From the IMG/VR virus record IMGVR_UViG_3300025687_005582, positions 1-64,000 of that record: a DNA stretch of 64,000 nt; one strand, 5' to 3'. How positions within the stretch are numbered: position 1 is the stretch's first letter; every line of letters starts with the position of its first letter. The position numbers and the translations under genes were made by a program. Shown piece after piece: positions 46,101-55,568 of the stretch. The notes under the pieces were generated by a model. The model had not been told where the DNA came from, ran no database searches, and worked only from the letters and a program-made list of their open reading frames with translations. The stretch comes from a virus.

Positions 46101-49100
46101 ACATCCAATCACAGGATATGGTTCGTGTACTTGGAGCAGAAGATCAGGACGTTTTCACAACCGAATCACGCCCAATAAACTACTTCTTCGCATTTGAGAA
46201 GAGCATGTATCAGACCATCTCTGAAGAGATGATCAACAACTTCGCTACTATGAGGGACTTACACAACCTTATAGGCGATCCTGTAGAGCGTTGGCGCCCA
46301 GAATACAAGCAAATGAAGTTTGTGCGTCAGAAGTTCTTTGAGAAGGTTGGAAATGATGAGCTAGATTTCGACAAGTTCTATGAGTTCTACAAGTGGTTTG
46401 ACTCTTCATTATCCGTAATGCTTGGCCAGCTAGTACCAGCCTCAGCTGACTTTTCCAATAATGTAAGAACTGTTATTGAGAACCACGTACTAGAGAGGCC
46501 AAAATATCAAAACAAGTTTCCGTTCCTACAGAGACAAGGAGCAACAGATATTGAAGGGTCCGTCGATGGCTCCAATGCTTCAGGTGATGTTGATTCTAGT
46601 CCAGATGACTTCCCGGCTGGAGCATCATTCTTCTCTAACAGAGCGCTAACAAAAAGACAGATCGGCTCCTCTAACTACACTCAGACAAAGAAGTGGGAGT
46701 TTTTACATTCTCCACTACCAACAGAATCTGAAAACAAGAATCTTCCTTGGCAGAGATACAAGAAAGAAACATCCAACTCTGATCGGGCTGGAATTTTAGC
46801 GGCTGTAGAATCTGGTTACAGAAGAAGATTAGGATCTCCTGTAAAGTTTGCAGCTGAAGGTCAAACAGCAGTCGGTGGTGTAGCCAGACACCAAAGCAAT
46901 AAGCCTAACTTTACGTTTGAGGCAACCCAGCCTTACGGTCCCACAGTTACGGCAACGAATATTCCAAAGAATATTATGCTTTCATTTGATGTTGATGTAG
47001 AAGAACTTATCGAGACGCCAGATGTTTACTATCCGACTCTAAAGCAACGTCTTGGTTTCGGATTGAACCCGTCAATCAATAGGGGAGATAACGACAAACT
47101 TAAGTTTGATGGTAATATGTATGCGCCGTTCAGCTTGTACAGTTCTTCTGTTACAACTGGCTATAACTCTAAGGTTGTAAGAGACTACAAATCTGGCGTA
47201 ACGGTTACAAACCTTCACAATGACTTTGTTAATAGCACAGACACATCCTTGCAGGGTCCGTTCACAGAGAAGTTTGTTGGCGGTAGATATTACCGACATA
47301 CAGAAATCAATGACGGAACAGACACAAGAGAGTCAAGAGCAGAAGGTTTCCGTTTAGCGCTTGGTCTCGACCCAAGTAGCTCTAACATCCCTCCCGGCGC
47401 CTCTGGAGCCCTTGGAGTGATTCCGCCAAACTATCCGTTCCTTGATTCACCGGCAGGTTCTGCGCCTTTAGGATGGCTTCCAGAGCTTCCTACGGCACAA
47501 CGCTTCCGCGACGAAACTGCAAAGCGTCCCGTAAACATCAAGAACATTTTGATGACGACTGCTTCTGTTGGAACACGTCTTTCCGGAACGATTGTTCACA
47601 ACCAAATCGGTAACTACCAAAAGAACTATCAAGTTGTTCAGACTGCTGGCAGAACTGCAAATGATATATATTTCCGTGAGCAAACATTTAGTTTCGCTCC
47701 AAACCCGGAAACACTTGCGACAAGAGGGCGCTTCCCGCTTTATTATGCCTTTACGCCTGCAGTAAAAGCGACAGGTCAGATCGCAATTAAGGCGAATCCC
47801 CCATCATCATCCGTTCAGGCTCTTGAAATACCATTTTTAAGAAACGATGGAGTTGTTCAAAACATAGCAATCTTTTTTACAAGTGCCCCAGCACCCACTG
47901 ATTTCTCAGGCTATCCAACCATAATTGTGCAACGTCAGGGCTCAGCAGCCGACACCGGTACTGAACTAGCCAGCGCTTTGAGCCACTCTCCTTTCGGAAC
48001 TACTTTCGGCGGCAACGCCACCGCCCTCGGAACCGGCGAGATAGTCTCACTAACACAAGGTCTTGGCGGCACAGCGGGCAATACGGAGATTACAGATGAC
48101 GGTTCTGGAAATTTTGATTTGACTTCTTTTGCCGGTGGCACTGAAGCCATACCAGACACCGGAGAAGACAACGCTAATACAGGCGGCAATCTAAACTACG
48201 AACTTCCGAACAGAGATGGAGTCAACTCGAACGAAACAGTTATTGTTAACCGTTTTGCTGGATGTGGTTATGAAGTTATGTCTCGTGGATACATGGATCC
48301 AGCACACGAAGAGTTGTCTGTTTACAATGTTTTGCCTTACCGCAATCTTTCTGTTAGAGATTACGGCCTACAAGGATCTGCATCTGTCGATGTGACAGCT
48401 GGCAGAACAATCACTGTTGTAGATCAGATTGGAAAGAATCGTGGTCTTAACCAAAGAGCCTCACTCCACGCTGGACCGTTTGGTTCTGATGCTGCATATG
48501 GTTCAGTTCCAGAGCTAACATACGTTACAACACCATCTTGGCACAAGACAAACAGAAACCGTCGTCGCAGAATAGAGTTGTCTGGCGCAACATACATCAC
48601 AGCGTCCGTATACGATAATCTCTTTGTTCAGCACGCGATCCCGCGTTCTACACAGCAATACTCTTGGGTAACTGCATCGTTGGCTGAGGGTCAGATTATC
48701 TACGGCAACGATAGACCATCTTGCTTTAGCGCAAGTGTCTTAAGTCAACTAATCGTTAGTGGTACAAACTATGATGATTTGACTTTCGTAGGCTTGACTA
48801 CAAGAGGTAAAGATCCAATATCTGCCTCTACTCACAATCAAGGATTCCCTCTATCAGTAGCGAATCAGGCACAAGCTTACAGCAACTTTGATTACCTCGG
48901 CGCTCCACCATTTGCCCCGGGGACTGATTATTTTAACTTTATAACCATAATGCGCAACGGCCCATACGGATACCCAACTTGGAAGCAAATCCGTGCTGGC
49001 GAGACAAAGATTGGTAGAAAGCTAAGAGAAACAAACCAGATTGGATACCCAGTTCCGCCAAAGAGACTTTTTGATTATGATTTGGGCGAAGGTCCCTCTG

Positions 49101-51976
49101 TCGGTTTGAGACCTAACAGTTTCAGAGATTTTACAGAATCACCAGTATCTCTTAACTCTTCTCCAATAACTTTCATTTTGGAAGACAACACAGAAGATTC
49201 TGATGCCTCTAACAACATGGTTGTGACTGTTCCGTTTAGAAATGAGATTGATTACTTCTCGCATGAAGAGTTGAACAATTTCTATGGTCTAAAATCTGAT
49301 GTAAGTAGACTGAAGGCTTACAGAACTGTACTAGATTACACGCTAAGCAGCAGCCTTAGCACAGTAGTATCTTACACAGAAAGTCTATACCCATCAGATA
49401 TCAACATGTTTGACGATAGAGTTCGTAGAAGAACTAACTACTCGATCACAGATATCTGGGACGACGATAGAACAAAGCGTTCTGATACATACGGAGGTAA
49501 GGAAAACTCTCAGGGATTAGCTATACCTTCTGCCTCTACATGGCCGCTTGATGGGCACCTAAACTTTGCCTCCACTTCATCAGTTAGAATCGATGATGGT
49601 GCAGGCGAACTAATGAACTTCTACACTTCTTACTCAGGTAGTGTTGCTGGAGCATCAAAAATCAACGTAGGTGCGACTTACGCTTTACGTGTTGCTGCGG
49701 GCCGAGCAGGATCAAATGATGCATATGCTGGTGACGCCCTATGGGAAGCAGGTACACAATCAGGCAAGAAGCCATATGAAAACTACTCTACATATGCTGA
49801 AAAGATTGCTCTCGTAGGCAAAGATCACTCTATTGTTCCGGAGTTTAGAATAAGCGAACTCATAGAAACATATGTAGAAGATAATGAAGGCGATTTCTTA
49901 GCTGATATCGATAATGTCTTTAATCTAACTGGTGCAGCAATCAGTGACAGCTCTCAGACAAATTTTTACAAAACTTACTCAAACTCTGATTTCTTAAAAT
50001 ATTTCTCTGTTGTAGACGAGGATCTCAATGGTCAGCGCTCAGGAGATCTTAAGATTCAAAGAGATAAAGTATCACTTCGTTGCAACGCACTTCTTAAGTT
50101 CCTGCCATACAAAGGATTCTATCCTGCTGAACGTACTTTAGAGTTAGCAACGTTACTTTCGCAATCTTACTTTACAGATAAGTTAAATGTAGAAACGAAT
50201 GACTATAGATTAGCTTCTAGAATAATAAGCCAACCACTTTTTGCCCCAGGCATTATGCATAACACGATCAAATCTGGAATCGCGGTTGGTAACTGGATTT
50301 TGACGAACACTTCTTCAGCAGGCTCGCTCCCAACCCCGGTTTATGAGACTGGTAGCGTTACAGTATTGCCTGAAGGAAATATAGAATTTAGAAGACTCTT
50401 GAACGTAAATACTACAACAACAGATGTCGCTAGAGGCTGGACGGCACAAAAACTTCCTTTCGAAGCGATATACAAGCCATCTGCATACTTCAATAGAGAG
50501 TATGTTACTGGCAGTCTGTTATACGATAAGTTTTACGAACTTGCTGCGGAGGCTGAAAGCCCAAGCATCAAGAATGATCACGGTCCTTTAAGTCCGGATT
50601 TAAGAGGTACAAAACTTTACGAGTTTGCCATTGATAACTTCTTGTGCGAAACAGTTGAGTTCTTCAACGACAGACTCACTTCGATAAGATCCAGAAGAGA
50701 AGACGAATTTGCTTCCGTCGTAAGCGGCAATGTATATCAAATGAAAATGAAGTTTTATCGCCCTCTTACTACCGGTTCTATTACTTCTGATCCAGAAGTC
50801 GATAGAGCCAAGTTTGATATGTACACGAGAGTATCGGCATTCGGGTGGCCTTTGGCGGCAGGGCCCTCTACCAACGTTGCCCGCCGTTCCTCGGGTAGCT
50901 TCTCTCACTTGACAAGTCCTGCGTATGCCGGAAAGGGCGAGGTTACATTTACTTATACAGCCCCTTCTAATGGTCAGCCTTCGTTAGACCAAATATTTGC
51001 AAACACAACATTAAGTTTCTCTAGAGATGAAACAGTTGCTCATATTCCCTCTTTATTGGCGCCGCCAGATTATGATCCAACGATGCAAATGGATAGTTGC
51101 TTTAACCTTTTGGATTTCTACACAGATGTTCCAGATAATACTGTTACACAAAAGAAGAGGTGGCTGATTCAATCTAAGTTTGAAACTCCAGTTCTAAACC
51201 TTGCTGGAGTTGACTTTACGACCCCACCAGCAACAACGGTAAGCGCTGGAACAAGCAGTGCCGATCAGATTTCTTTGAGAGGTCTATGGCATCAATATGG
51301 TTCCGTCCCAACAGCATCAGATGCTGGCTTCTTTGTAGCCATTGAAGATGCTAGTGGAGAATCGCTAGCAGACGTAGTCGGAATGCCTACAAATGCAACA
51401 TTCAGAGTTGGCTCTGTAAAGAAGCAGAATCTTCTTGAAGAGGCTGTTGTCGCCGTTCCATTTAAGACTGTTAACAACAGAAGAAAGTTCTTCGGCATCA
51501 ACGACAGCAACGCTGAATACGACAACATTAAGAGAAATCTTGAGAAGTATGTGTTCCCGCCAAAGTTTGACTTCCTAACAAACGATACGGTAGATCCAAT
51601 CTTGATGTATGCATTTGAGTTCTCAGCAAAGGTCACGCAACAAGACATCGCAGATATGTGGCAAAACTTGCCACCTGATATTAATGAAAAGTTTGAGCAA
51701 AAAGAAGTTGTTATAGACGACAAGCAAGTTCTTGACTTATTAATCAACAACTCAGAAGATATTCAGTGGATGGTATTCAAGGTCAAGAAGCGCGCCAAGA
51801 AATCTTTCGAGAAGTACAGAAGGTCTTTGGTCACAGAAGATACAACCGCATTTGAAGATACAATAGGACCATACTCTTACAACTGGCCATACGATTACTT
51901 CTCTCTTGTAGAACTAGTTAAGATTGACGAAACGGTACAGTATGCGTCGGCTGACGTGGCGGGTGATGATTCATAA
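43166..51976 (+). CDS. Giant baseplate protein (2936 aa) with LamG-like domains and a gpI/gp7-like wedge motif
   Basis: SIEFWL, WHHYAV, YVDG, GSLDELRYW (LamG); YKSKGTEKAFRNLIRCFG (tail protein I-like); follows gp25 and gp6. Confidence 0.7.
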   Translation: MSIKKYFEVAESIKALSGKTADEIASQVESVGYHEEDIIEEERFIPRVDFSKPENFARYGSAEEYYDQAIKRIYNEFPYDGSLRERLQWENESTYIDLYIYNNRYPRTNGYAIVSADGWGTQASITDGYGLPDDLEYIFVKGGPNANPNGMSPKSVNFTGSNYYEPSKNRGSNLEFDLASQGASIEFWLNKTEFVTASTEKEVLFDLWNGENSSSADYVRFTLELSGTADGTDPFLLTVFSGSTGFFQQPIAATTFTTSSVADSNWHHYAVTVKSASAGVTTRFYVDGNLNNETILGSAGIDDTDSSSLRAYIGALIAAPSGSSASAGAGKLSGSLDELRYWKTQRSSKEIGRFWFTQVGGGVNTDPTPFTTTEESANVDLGVYFKFNEGITGRTSTDSTVLDYSGRFSNGSWTGYTTNSRNTGSAIVLSNAAISEYQDPIIYSFHPAVVSLASELQTSGSAHDVNNNAAVYNSIPSWITEEDSEGEKNTKYLTQIISSYFDTLHLQIDSLNHLKDIQYPSGSDKPLPFAEKLLSSYGFVAPEIFLDTDVLEKLADRSEDKVYEKSLHDIKNIIYQNIYNNLNYIYKSKGTEKAFRNLIRCFGIDDELIKLNMYADNVQYELQSNRRNIIVGDKFANFNTAAGKSANVYNYTDTSNVNSVGFITSSVSLTGGYATTLEAEILFPLKQDESSIVYVDTNTISASLFGVHGTVDSGTDTTWATSDDVNFQVYAVRDELRSSNVRFVLTGTAGGHVPELVSSLYEDVYNNTRWNLSVRIRPDQFPLTGLVDGTNSDYVIELHGVQADAGVILEEFTVTGTISNPPAAFLTSSKRAYVGAHRTNFTGTVLQTSDVKVNACRYWLDYVEDDALRGHILDTENHGALQPHLYAYPFNPSASFGDITKLDTLVFNWEFLNNTGSDASGQFIVDDISSGSAAFTRFGDLGNILNKQYTARGDFFEASSTKAIDKDFVVSSRLNLPENIQSQDMVRVLGAEDQDVFTTESRPINYFFAFEKSMYQTISEEMINNFATMRDLHNLIGDPVERWRPEYKQMKFVRQKFFEKVGNDELDFDKFYEFYKWFDSSLSVMLGQLVPASADFSNNVRTVIENHVLERPKYQNKFPFLQRQGATDIEGSVDGSNASGDVDSSPDDFPAGASFFSNRALTKRQIGSSNYTQTKKWEFLHSPLPTESENKNLPWQRYKKETSNSDRAGILAAVESGYRRRLGSPVKFAAEGQTAVGGVARHQSNKPNFTFEATQPYGPTVTATNIPKNIMLSFDVDVEELIETPDVYYPTLKQRLGFGLNPSINRGDNDKLKFDGNMYAPFSLYSSSVTTGYNSKVVRDYKSGVTVTNLHNDFVNSTDTSLQGPFTEKFVGGRYYRHTEINDGTDTRESRAEGFRLALGLDPSSSNIPPGASGALGVIPPNYPFLDSPAGSAPLGWLPELPTAQRFRDETAKRPVNIKNILMTTASVGTRLSGTIVHNQIGNYQKNYQVVQTAGRTANDIYFREQTFSFAPNPETLATRGRFPLYYAFTPAVKATGQIAIKANPPSSSVQALEIPFLRNDGVVQNIAIFFTSAPAPTDFSGYPTIIVQRQGSAADTGTELASALSHSPFGTTFGGNATALGTGEIVSLTQGLGGTAGNTEITDDGSGNFDLTSFAGGTEAIPDTGEDNANTGGNLNYELPNRDGVNSNETVIVNRFAGCGYEVMSRGYMDPAHEELSVYNVLPYRNLSVRDYGLQGSASVDVTAGRTITVVDQIGKNRGLNQRASLHAGPFGSDAAYGSVPELTYVTTPSWHKTNRNRRRRIELSGATYITASVYDNLFVQHAIPRSTQQYSWVTASLAEGQIIYGNDRPSCFSASVLSQLIVSGTNYDDLTFVGLTTRGKDPISASTHNQGFPLSVANQAQAYSNFDYLGAPPFAPGTDYFNFITIMRNGPYGYPTWKQIRAGETKIGRKLRETNQIGYPVPPKRLFDYDLGEGPSVGLRPNSFRDFTESPVSLNSSPITFILEDNTEDSDASNNMVVTVPFRNEIDYFSHEELNNFYGLKSDVSRLKAYRTVLDYTLSSSLSTVVSYTESLYPSDINMFDDRVRRRTNYSITDIWDDDRTKRSDTYGGKENSQGLAIPSASTWPLDGHLNFASTSSVRIDDGAGELMNFYTSYSGSVAGASKINVGATYALRVAAGRAGSNDAYAGDALWEAGTQSGKKPYENYSTYAEKIALVGKDHSIVPEFRISELIETYVEDNEGDFLADIDNVFNLTGAAISDSSQTNFYKTYSNSDFLKYFSVVDEDLNGQRSGDLKIQRDKVSLRCNALLKFLPYKGFYPAERTLELATLLSQSYFTDKLNVETNDYRLASRIISQPLFAPGIMHNTIKSGIAVGNWILTNTSSAGSLPTPVYETGSVTVLPEGNIEFRRLLNVNTTTTDVARGWTAQKLPFEAIYKPSAYFNREYVTGSLLYDKFYELAAEAESPSIKNDHGPLSPDLRGTKLYEFAIDNFLCETVEFFNDRLTSIRSRREDEFASVVSGNVYQMKMKFYRPLTTGSITSDPEVDRAKFDMYTRVSAFGWPLAAGPSTNVARRSSGSFSHLTSPAYAGKGEVTFTYTAPSNGQPSLDQIFANTTLSFSRDETVAHIPSLLAPPDYDPTMQMDSCFNLLDFYTDVPDNTVTQKKRWLIQSKFETPVLNLAGVDFTTPPATTVSAGTSSADQISLRGLWHQYGSVPTASDAGFFVAIEDASGESLADVVGMPTNATFRVGSVKKQNLLEEAVVAVPFKTVNNRRKFFGINDSNAEYDNIKRNLEKYVFPPKFDFLTNDTVDPILMYAFEFSAKVTQQDIADMWQNLPPDINEKFEQKEVVIDDKQVLDLLINNSEDIQWMVFKVKKRAKKSFEKYRRSLVTEDTTAFEDTIGPYSYNWPYDYFSLVELVKIDETVQYASADVAGDDS

Positions 51977-52890
51977 TGGAATTTTTCAACAAAAAAGAAG
52001 AAGTTCTAGAAGTTAAGTTAACAAACTACGGTAAAGACAGATTGGCCGCTGGTCAACTTAATCCAACTTACTATGCTTTCTTCGATGACGACATTTTATA
52101 TGATACAGCTGCTGCTGGATTTTCGGAAGATCAAAACAATGCTGAGGGAAGAATCCAAAGTGATACGCCGAAGTTAAAGTTGATCCCCACTAGAGAAGGC
52201 GCCGAGACAAGAGTCACAAGATTTATAAATCAAGTTTCATCATCTTTCAACGCCACCATCGGTGGACATACGTCAGATCCGGCAAACAATGTTTCGATAT
52301 TTCAAGAACAGCCTTACGGAGATAAAGGCAAGTTAGATGCCTATCCGCTAGGAAGATCATCCTTAAATAAGACATATGCCCCAGCGTGGCAAATGCAAAT
52401 ACTTTCAAACCCGACTGCTTCTGTAGGTCAAAGTTTCTTGAACGAAGATGATTTTATACAGCCAATACCGCAAATCGATATAACTATTGATTATGAAACA
52501 ACTTTTAAAGAAGGGCCTTTAACATCTGATTCAATCACGGGATATTTAGGAAGTTCAAATATATTTTTAGCTCTGAAAGAAAACTACTTAATGGTGGAGA
52601 TAAAAGAAGAAAATACTCCATTTGAAAAAGAGAACTTTGAGATAGAAGTATTTCGTTCTGGCTCCGATGGACAGTACGTTCAGCTAAGCTTCACAGCCGA
52701 AAGCGAAACAGAGTTTGTAGCTTCTACCATCGATAATGTTGAGTTCTTTATGAATGTTTTGACTGATGCCGAGATTCCAAATGAGATTATCCGCGAACTC
52801 AACATCAATGAGGATGCGGTTGTAACAAGCGCAAGCAGAATCAAACTCAATAGAGATCTATACTCTACAGAAAACGAGGAGCCGTGCTAA
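51976..52890 (+). CDS. Virion protein with N-terminal tail-collar-like motif
   Basis: KLTNYGKDRLAAG..YAFFDDDILYD; paralogous to the N-terminus of 58342..59268. Confidence 0.6.
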   Translation: MEFFNKKEEVLEVKLTNYGKDRLAAGQLNPTYYAFFDDDILYDTAAAGFSEDQNNAEGRIQSDTPKLKLIPTREGAETRVTRFINQVSSSFNATIGGHTSDPANNVSIFQEQPYGDKGKLDAYPLGRSSLNKTYAPAWQMQILSNPTASVGQSFLNEDDFIQPIPQIDITIDYETTFKEGPLTSDSITGYLGSSNIFLALKENYLMVEIKEENTPFEKENFEIEVFRSGSDGQYVQLSFTAESETEFVASTIDNVEFFMNVLTDAEIPNEIIRELNINEDAVVTSASRIKLNRDLYSTENEEPC

Positions 52891-55565
52891 TGACTGTTTC
52901 ACTAGGCCCATACCAGAGACCAATCCCGTTTGTTAATATACAAGACATTAGGCTTGACGAGAACGATCAAGGACAGTACCTTATAACTATTGGAGTTTCT
53001 AATGAAAAAGTTATTCCAAAAAGAACAAGACCTCGTGCATACACGTTTGGAAACTTTATTTATTTTTCATCCTCAAGGCAAGAGATAGACGCTTTATCCA
53101 CATCGCAGAGATCCTTAATCCAAGCCATAAAAGATAATCCTCAGAGTAGATTTAAGCTTAAGCCAAATCCGTCTGAGTTTGTATTGAAGTCTAAGTCTGA
53201 AAAAAGTAACGATGTGTACAGTTATTTAAATCGCCAAAGAGTTATGATTCCTAAATCTCAACAGGTACACGTTTTAGTGTGCTCTTATGTCGAGAACAAG
53301 AACAACTTTACTATCGGAAATGTAATCAAAGAAACGTTGTTGTCCAATAACGTATCCACTATTGACGCCACTGTCTTCGTTTTGAACGAGACAGTTGAGA
53401 ACTATGGTTCACAAGGAACTGTGTGGCCAGGGTCCGTACACGTCATCAACGATCAGTTTATGGCCGGCAACACACACATCGCCGCTGAACATCCAAACTT
53501 ATCTCCTCAAACAGTTTTGAACGTAAGACTGAAAGACTTGAGAGTAATAAAAGCTGCGAATTCTCTCAACTATGATTTCATTAAAGATGAAAAGGCTTAT
53601 TTTTCTCCGGTAACCTTATCGCGAGGTGCCTCTGGGAACGTTAACGGATCCTTTACATTTGACTTATTAGCTTTCTCTAAGAATAACTGCAAGTTTGGTC
53701 CCCTTATAAAGAATGATTCAACTTTGTTGGCGTCAGCTAATATTAAGGATATTATAGTTTTTCAAAAAATAAGTGGTCGGGATTACAGTGGGAATGCCCT
53801 TACTCCAGGCAAGAGTCAAAAATGTGGCCTTGCGGAAGCAAACTCATTTAAGAGAGTTGCAAGTTTAAATAACAATTGCTCGATTGTATCCAATACGACT
53901 GATAACATATCTGTAGTTGATATATTTTTCGTTGATGATACAACCAGAGAAGTTAACTCTGGTGCTGCCGAGTATATGGTTGAGATTGTTTTAGAAGACA
54001 ATACAGAAAAGTTGCTAAAAGACTTGATCTTCCCAATCAAATCAGAACTTAGAAAAGTCAATAATGTTAAAGAGATACAAGATAGCTTAAGAGTTTTTAA
54101 TACAATCATTGTAGATTACCTAACAGCAGTGCAAGCAATTTTTGGTTCTGAGCCATTTACAGTATTTTCACAAAGATTCTGGAGAAAGAACTTGCTTGCT
54201 CTTGTTAACAAGTTTAACCCCCAATACGATCAAGACAAAAATCTATTCATCACAACTATGAATAACTTTGTATCAAAAATTGAAAGATTGCTGCAAGCAT
54301 ACAAAACAAAGAGTGATAGTTTTGATGTAAACTCAATGATTTATATTTCTAGAAGAAACGGTAACTTAAGCGCCCGCCGAAACTTTAAAGACAAATACAT
54401 CTTTACAGGAACAAGAGATTACGGGTTGGATATTTTAGATAGTAATGTTGTAATCTCGAATGCATCGGTTCCAAATATCTCATTTGATAACTACACTGCT
54501 AGAGCTACTAAGGAAGTAGAGAAGTTTCAAATAATCAACACAAACGCTGCCTCTCTAAATCCATTTGGATACTTGACGGCTCAGTCTGTTAACTTAACAC
54601 CAAATCCTTTAAGGATTGACACCTCTAAGTTAAATGTCGATACCGCAGAAGCACTTCCGATTATTCAGAGCAAAACGCAAAAAAGAAGCGTTCTTGATGT
54701 TAACAAAAAGCAAAGTACCAACAGCAGAAAATCCAATGTTCTTAATGCTCTAAACATATCAGTAGTAAGAAATCCGGTACCGTTGAGAGAAGCCGCTAGA
54801 CGGTCTAGAAGAATGGCCGTGGACATTATCGACTCAGCTAAGCTTTTATCAGAAACATCTGATTTCGTTTATGAAACTAAACCTTCTGACTTGGCTTCTG
54901 GCTCTAATCTCTCCACAGTTGAATCTGTTGCAAAGTCTAATGTTTTACAATCTCTTTTAGTGAACACTGTTATTGATAAGAGCGTCACAGAGTTCAATAC
55001 TGTGACTAAGATTACACAAGTAGCAGAGTTGTCTGGGTCTCCAGCGCAACAAAAACTAAATGAAGATGGAGAAATCATCTCGGCAGGATCTGCGTTTTCG
55101 AACGCGGTTGATTTTAATTCCGTAACGCAGGTGCAATACCTAGATTCATACGATATAAAACAAGGCGTTTCAAAGCAAAATTGGAAACTTTTAACACCAC
55201 AAAAAGTAGAAAGTTCGAAACAAGCATCAAAGCCTTTGATTTGCAAGTTGGTAAAGGTCTCAAGTGCTTTGGGGACACCGGATATTCTTGAGCTTGAGCC
55301 AATGACCAGTATGTTTGTTATCGGAAATGCTCAGACAACAAAGACCAACAAAACAACAAGGCAAGTGATTACGAGTGTTAGACAGGAAGTAGAAAAACAG
55401 TCTTCTAATATAGACTTGGATAATGTTGAGGTTCTATACGCTAAGAACATTCCGTTTATATCGCTAAATGTTACAGCCGCCAATAATGCAGAACTAGCTC
55501 CTGACACACAAAATAATCCTATTCAAAGGCTACTTAGAACAAGAACATCAGCGTTAGGCTATTAA
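52884..55565 (+). CDS. Hypothetical virion protein (893 aa)
   Basis: Long ORF in the tail block; start is GTG52884 or ATG52890. Confidence 0.6.
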   Translation: MLMTVSLGPYQRPIPFVNIQDIRLDENDQGQYLITIGVSNEKVIPKRTRPRAYTFGNFIYFSSSRQEIDALSTSQRSLIQAIKDNPQSRFKLKPNPSEFVLKSKSEKSNDVYSYLNRQRVMIPKSQQVHVLVCSYVENKNNFTIGNVIKETLLSNNVSTIDATVFVLNETVENYGSQGTVWPGSVHVINDQFMAGNTHIAAEHPNLSPQTVLNVRLKDLRVIKAANSLNYDFIKDEKAYFSPVTLSRGASGNVNGSFTFDLLAFSKNNCKFGPLIKNDSTLLASANIKDIIVFQKISGRDYSGNALTPGKSQKCGLAEANSFKRVASLNNNCSIVSNTTDNISVVDIFFVDDTTREVNSGAAEYMVEIVLEDNTEKLLKDLIFPIKSELRKVNNVKEIQDSLRVFNTIIVDYLTAVQAIFGSEPFTVFSQRFWRKNLLALVNKFNPQYDQDKNLFITTMNNFVSKIERLLQAYKTKSDSFDVNSMIYISRRNGNLSARRNFKDKYIFTGTRDYGLDILDSNVVISNASVPNISFDNYTARATKEVEKFQIINTNAASLNPFGYLTAQSVNLTPNPLRIDTSKLNVDTAEALPIIQSKTQKRSVLDVNKKQSTNSRKSNVLNALNISVVRNPVPLREAARRSRRMAVDIIDSAKLLSETSDFVYETKPSDLASGSNLSTVESVAKSNVLQSLLVNTVIDKSVTEFNTVTKITQVAELSGSPAQQKLNEDGEIISAGSAFSNAVDFNSVTQVQYLDSYDIKQGVSKQNWKLLTPQKVESSKQASKPLICKLVKVSSALGTPDILELEPMTSMFVIGNAQTTKTNKTTRQVITSVRQEVEKQSSNIDLDNVEVLYAKNIPFISLNVTAANNAELAPDTQNNPIQRLLRTRTSALGY

Positions 55566-55568
55566 CAC

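Noticed and set aside
43166-51976. Intein or intron in the giant ORF
   Set aside because: No C/S...HN splice motifs, LAGLIDADG motif or frame interruption recognised by eye
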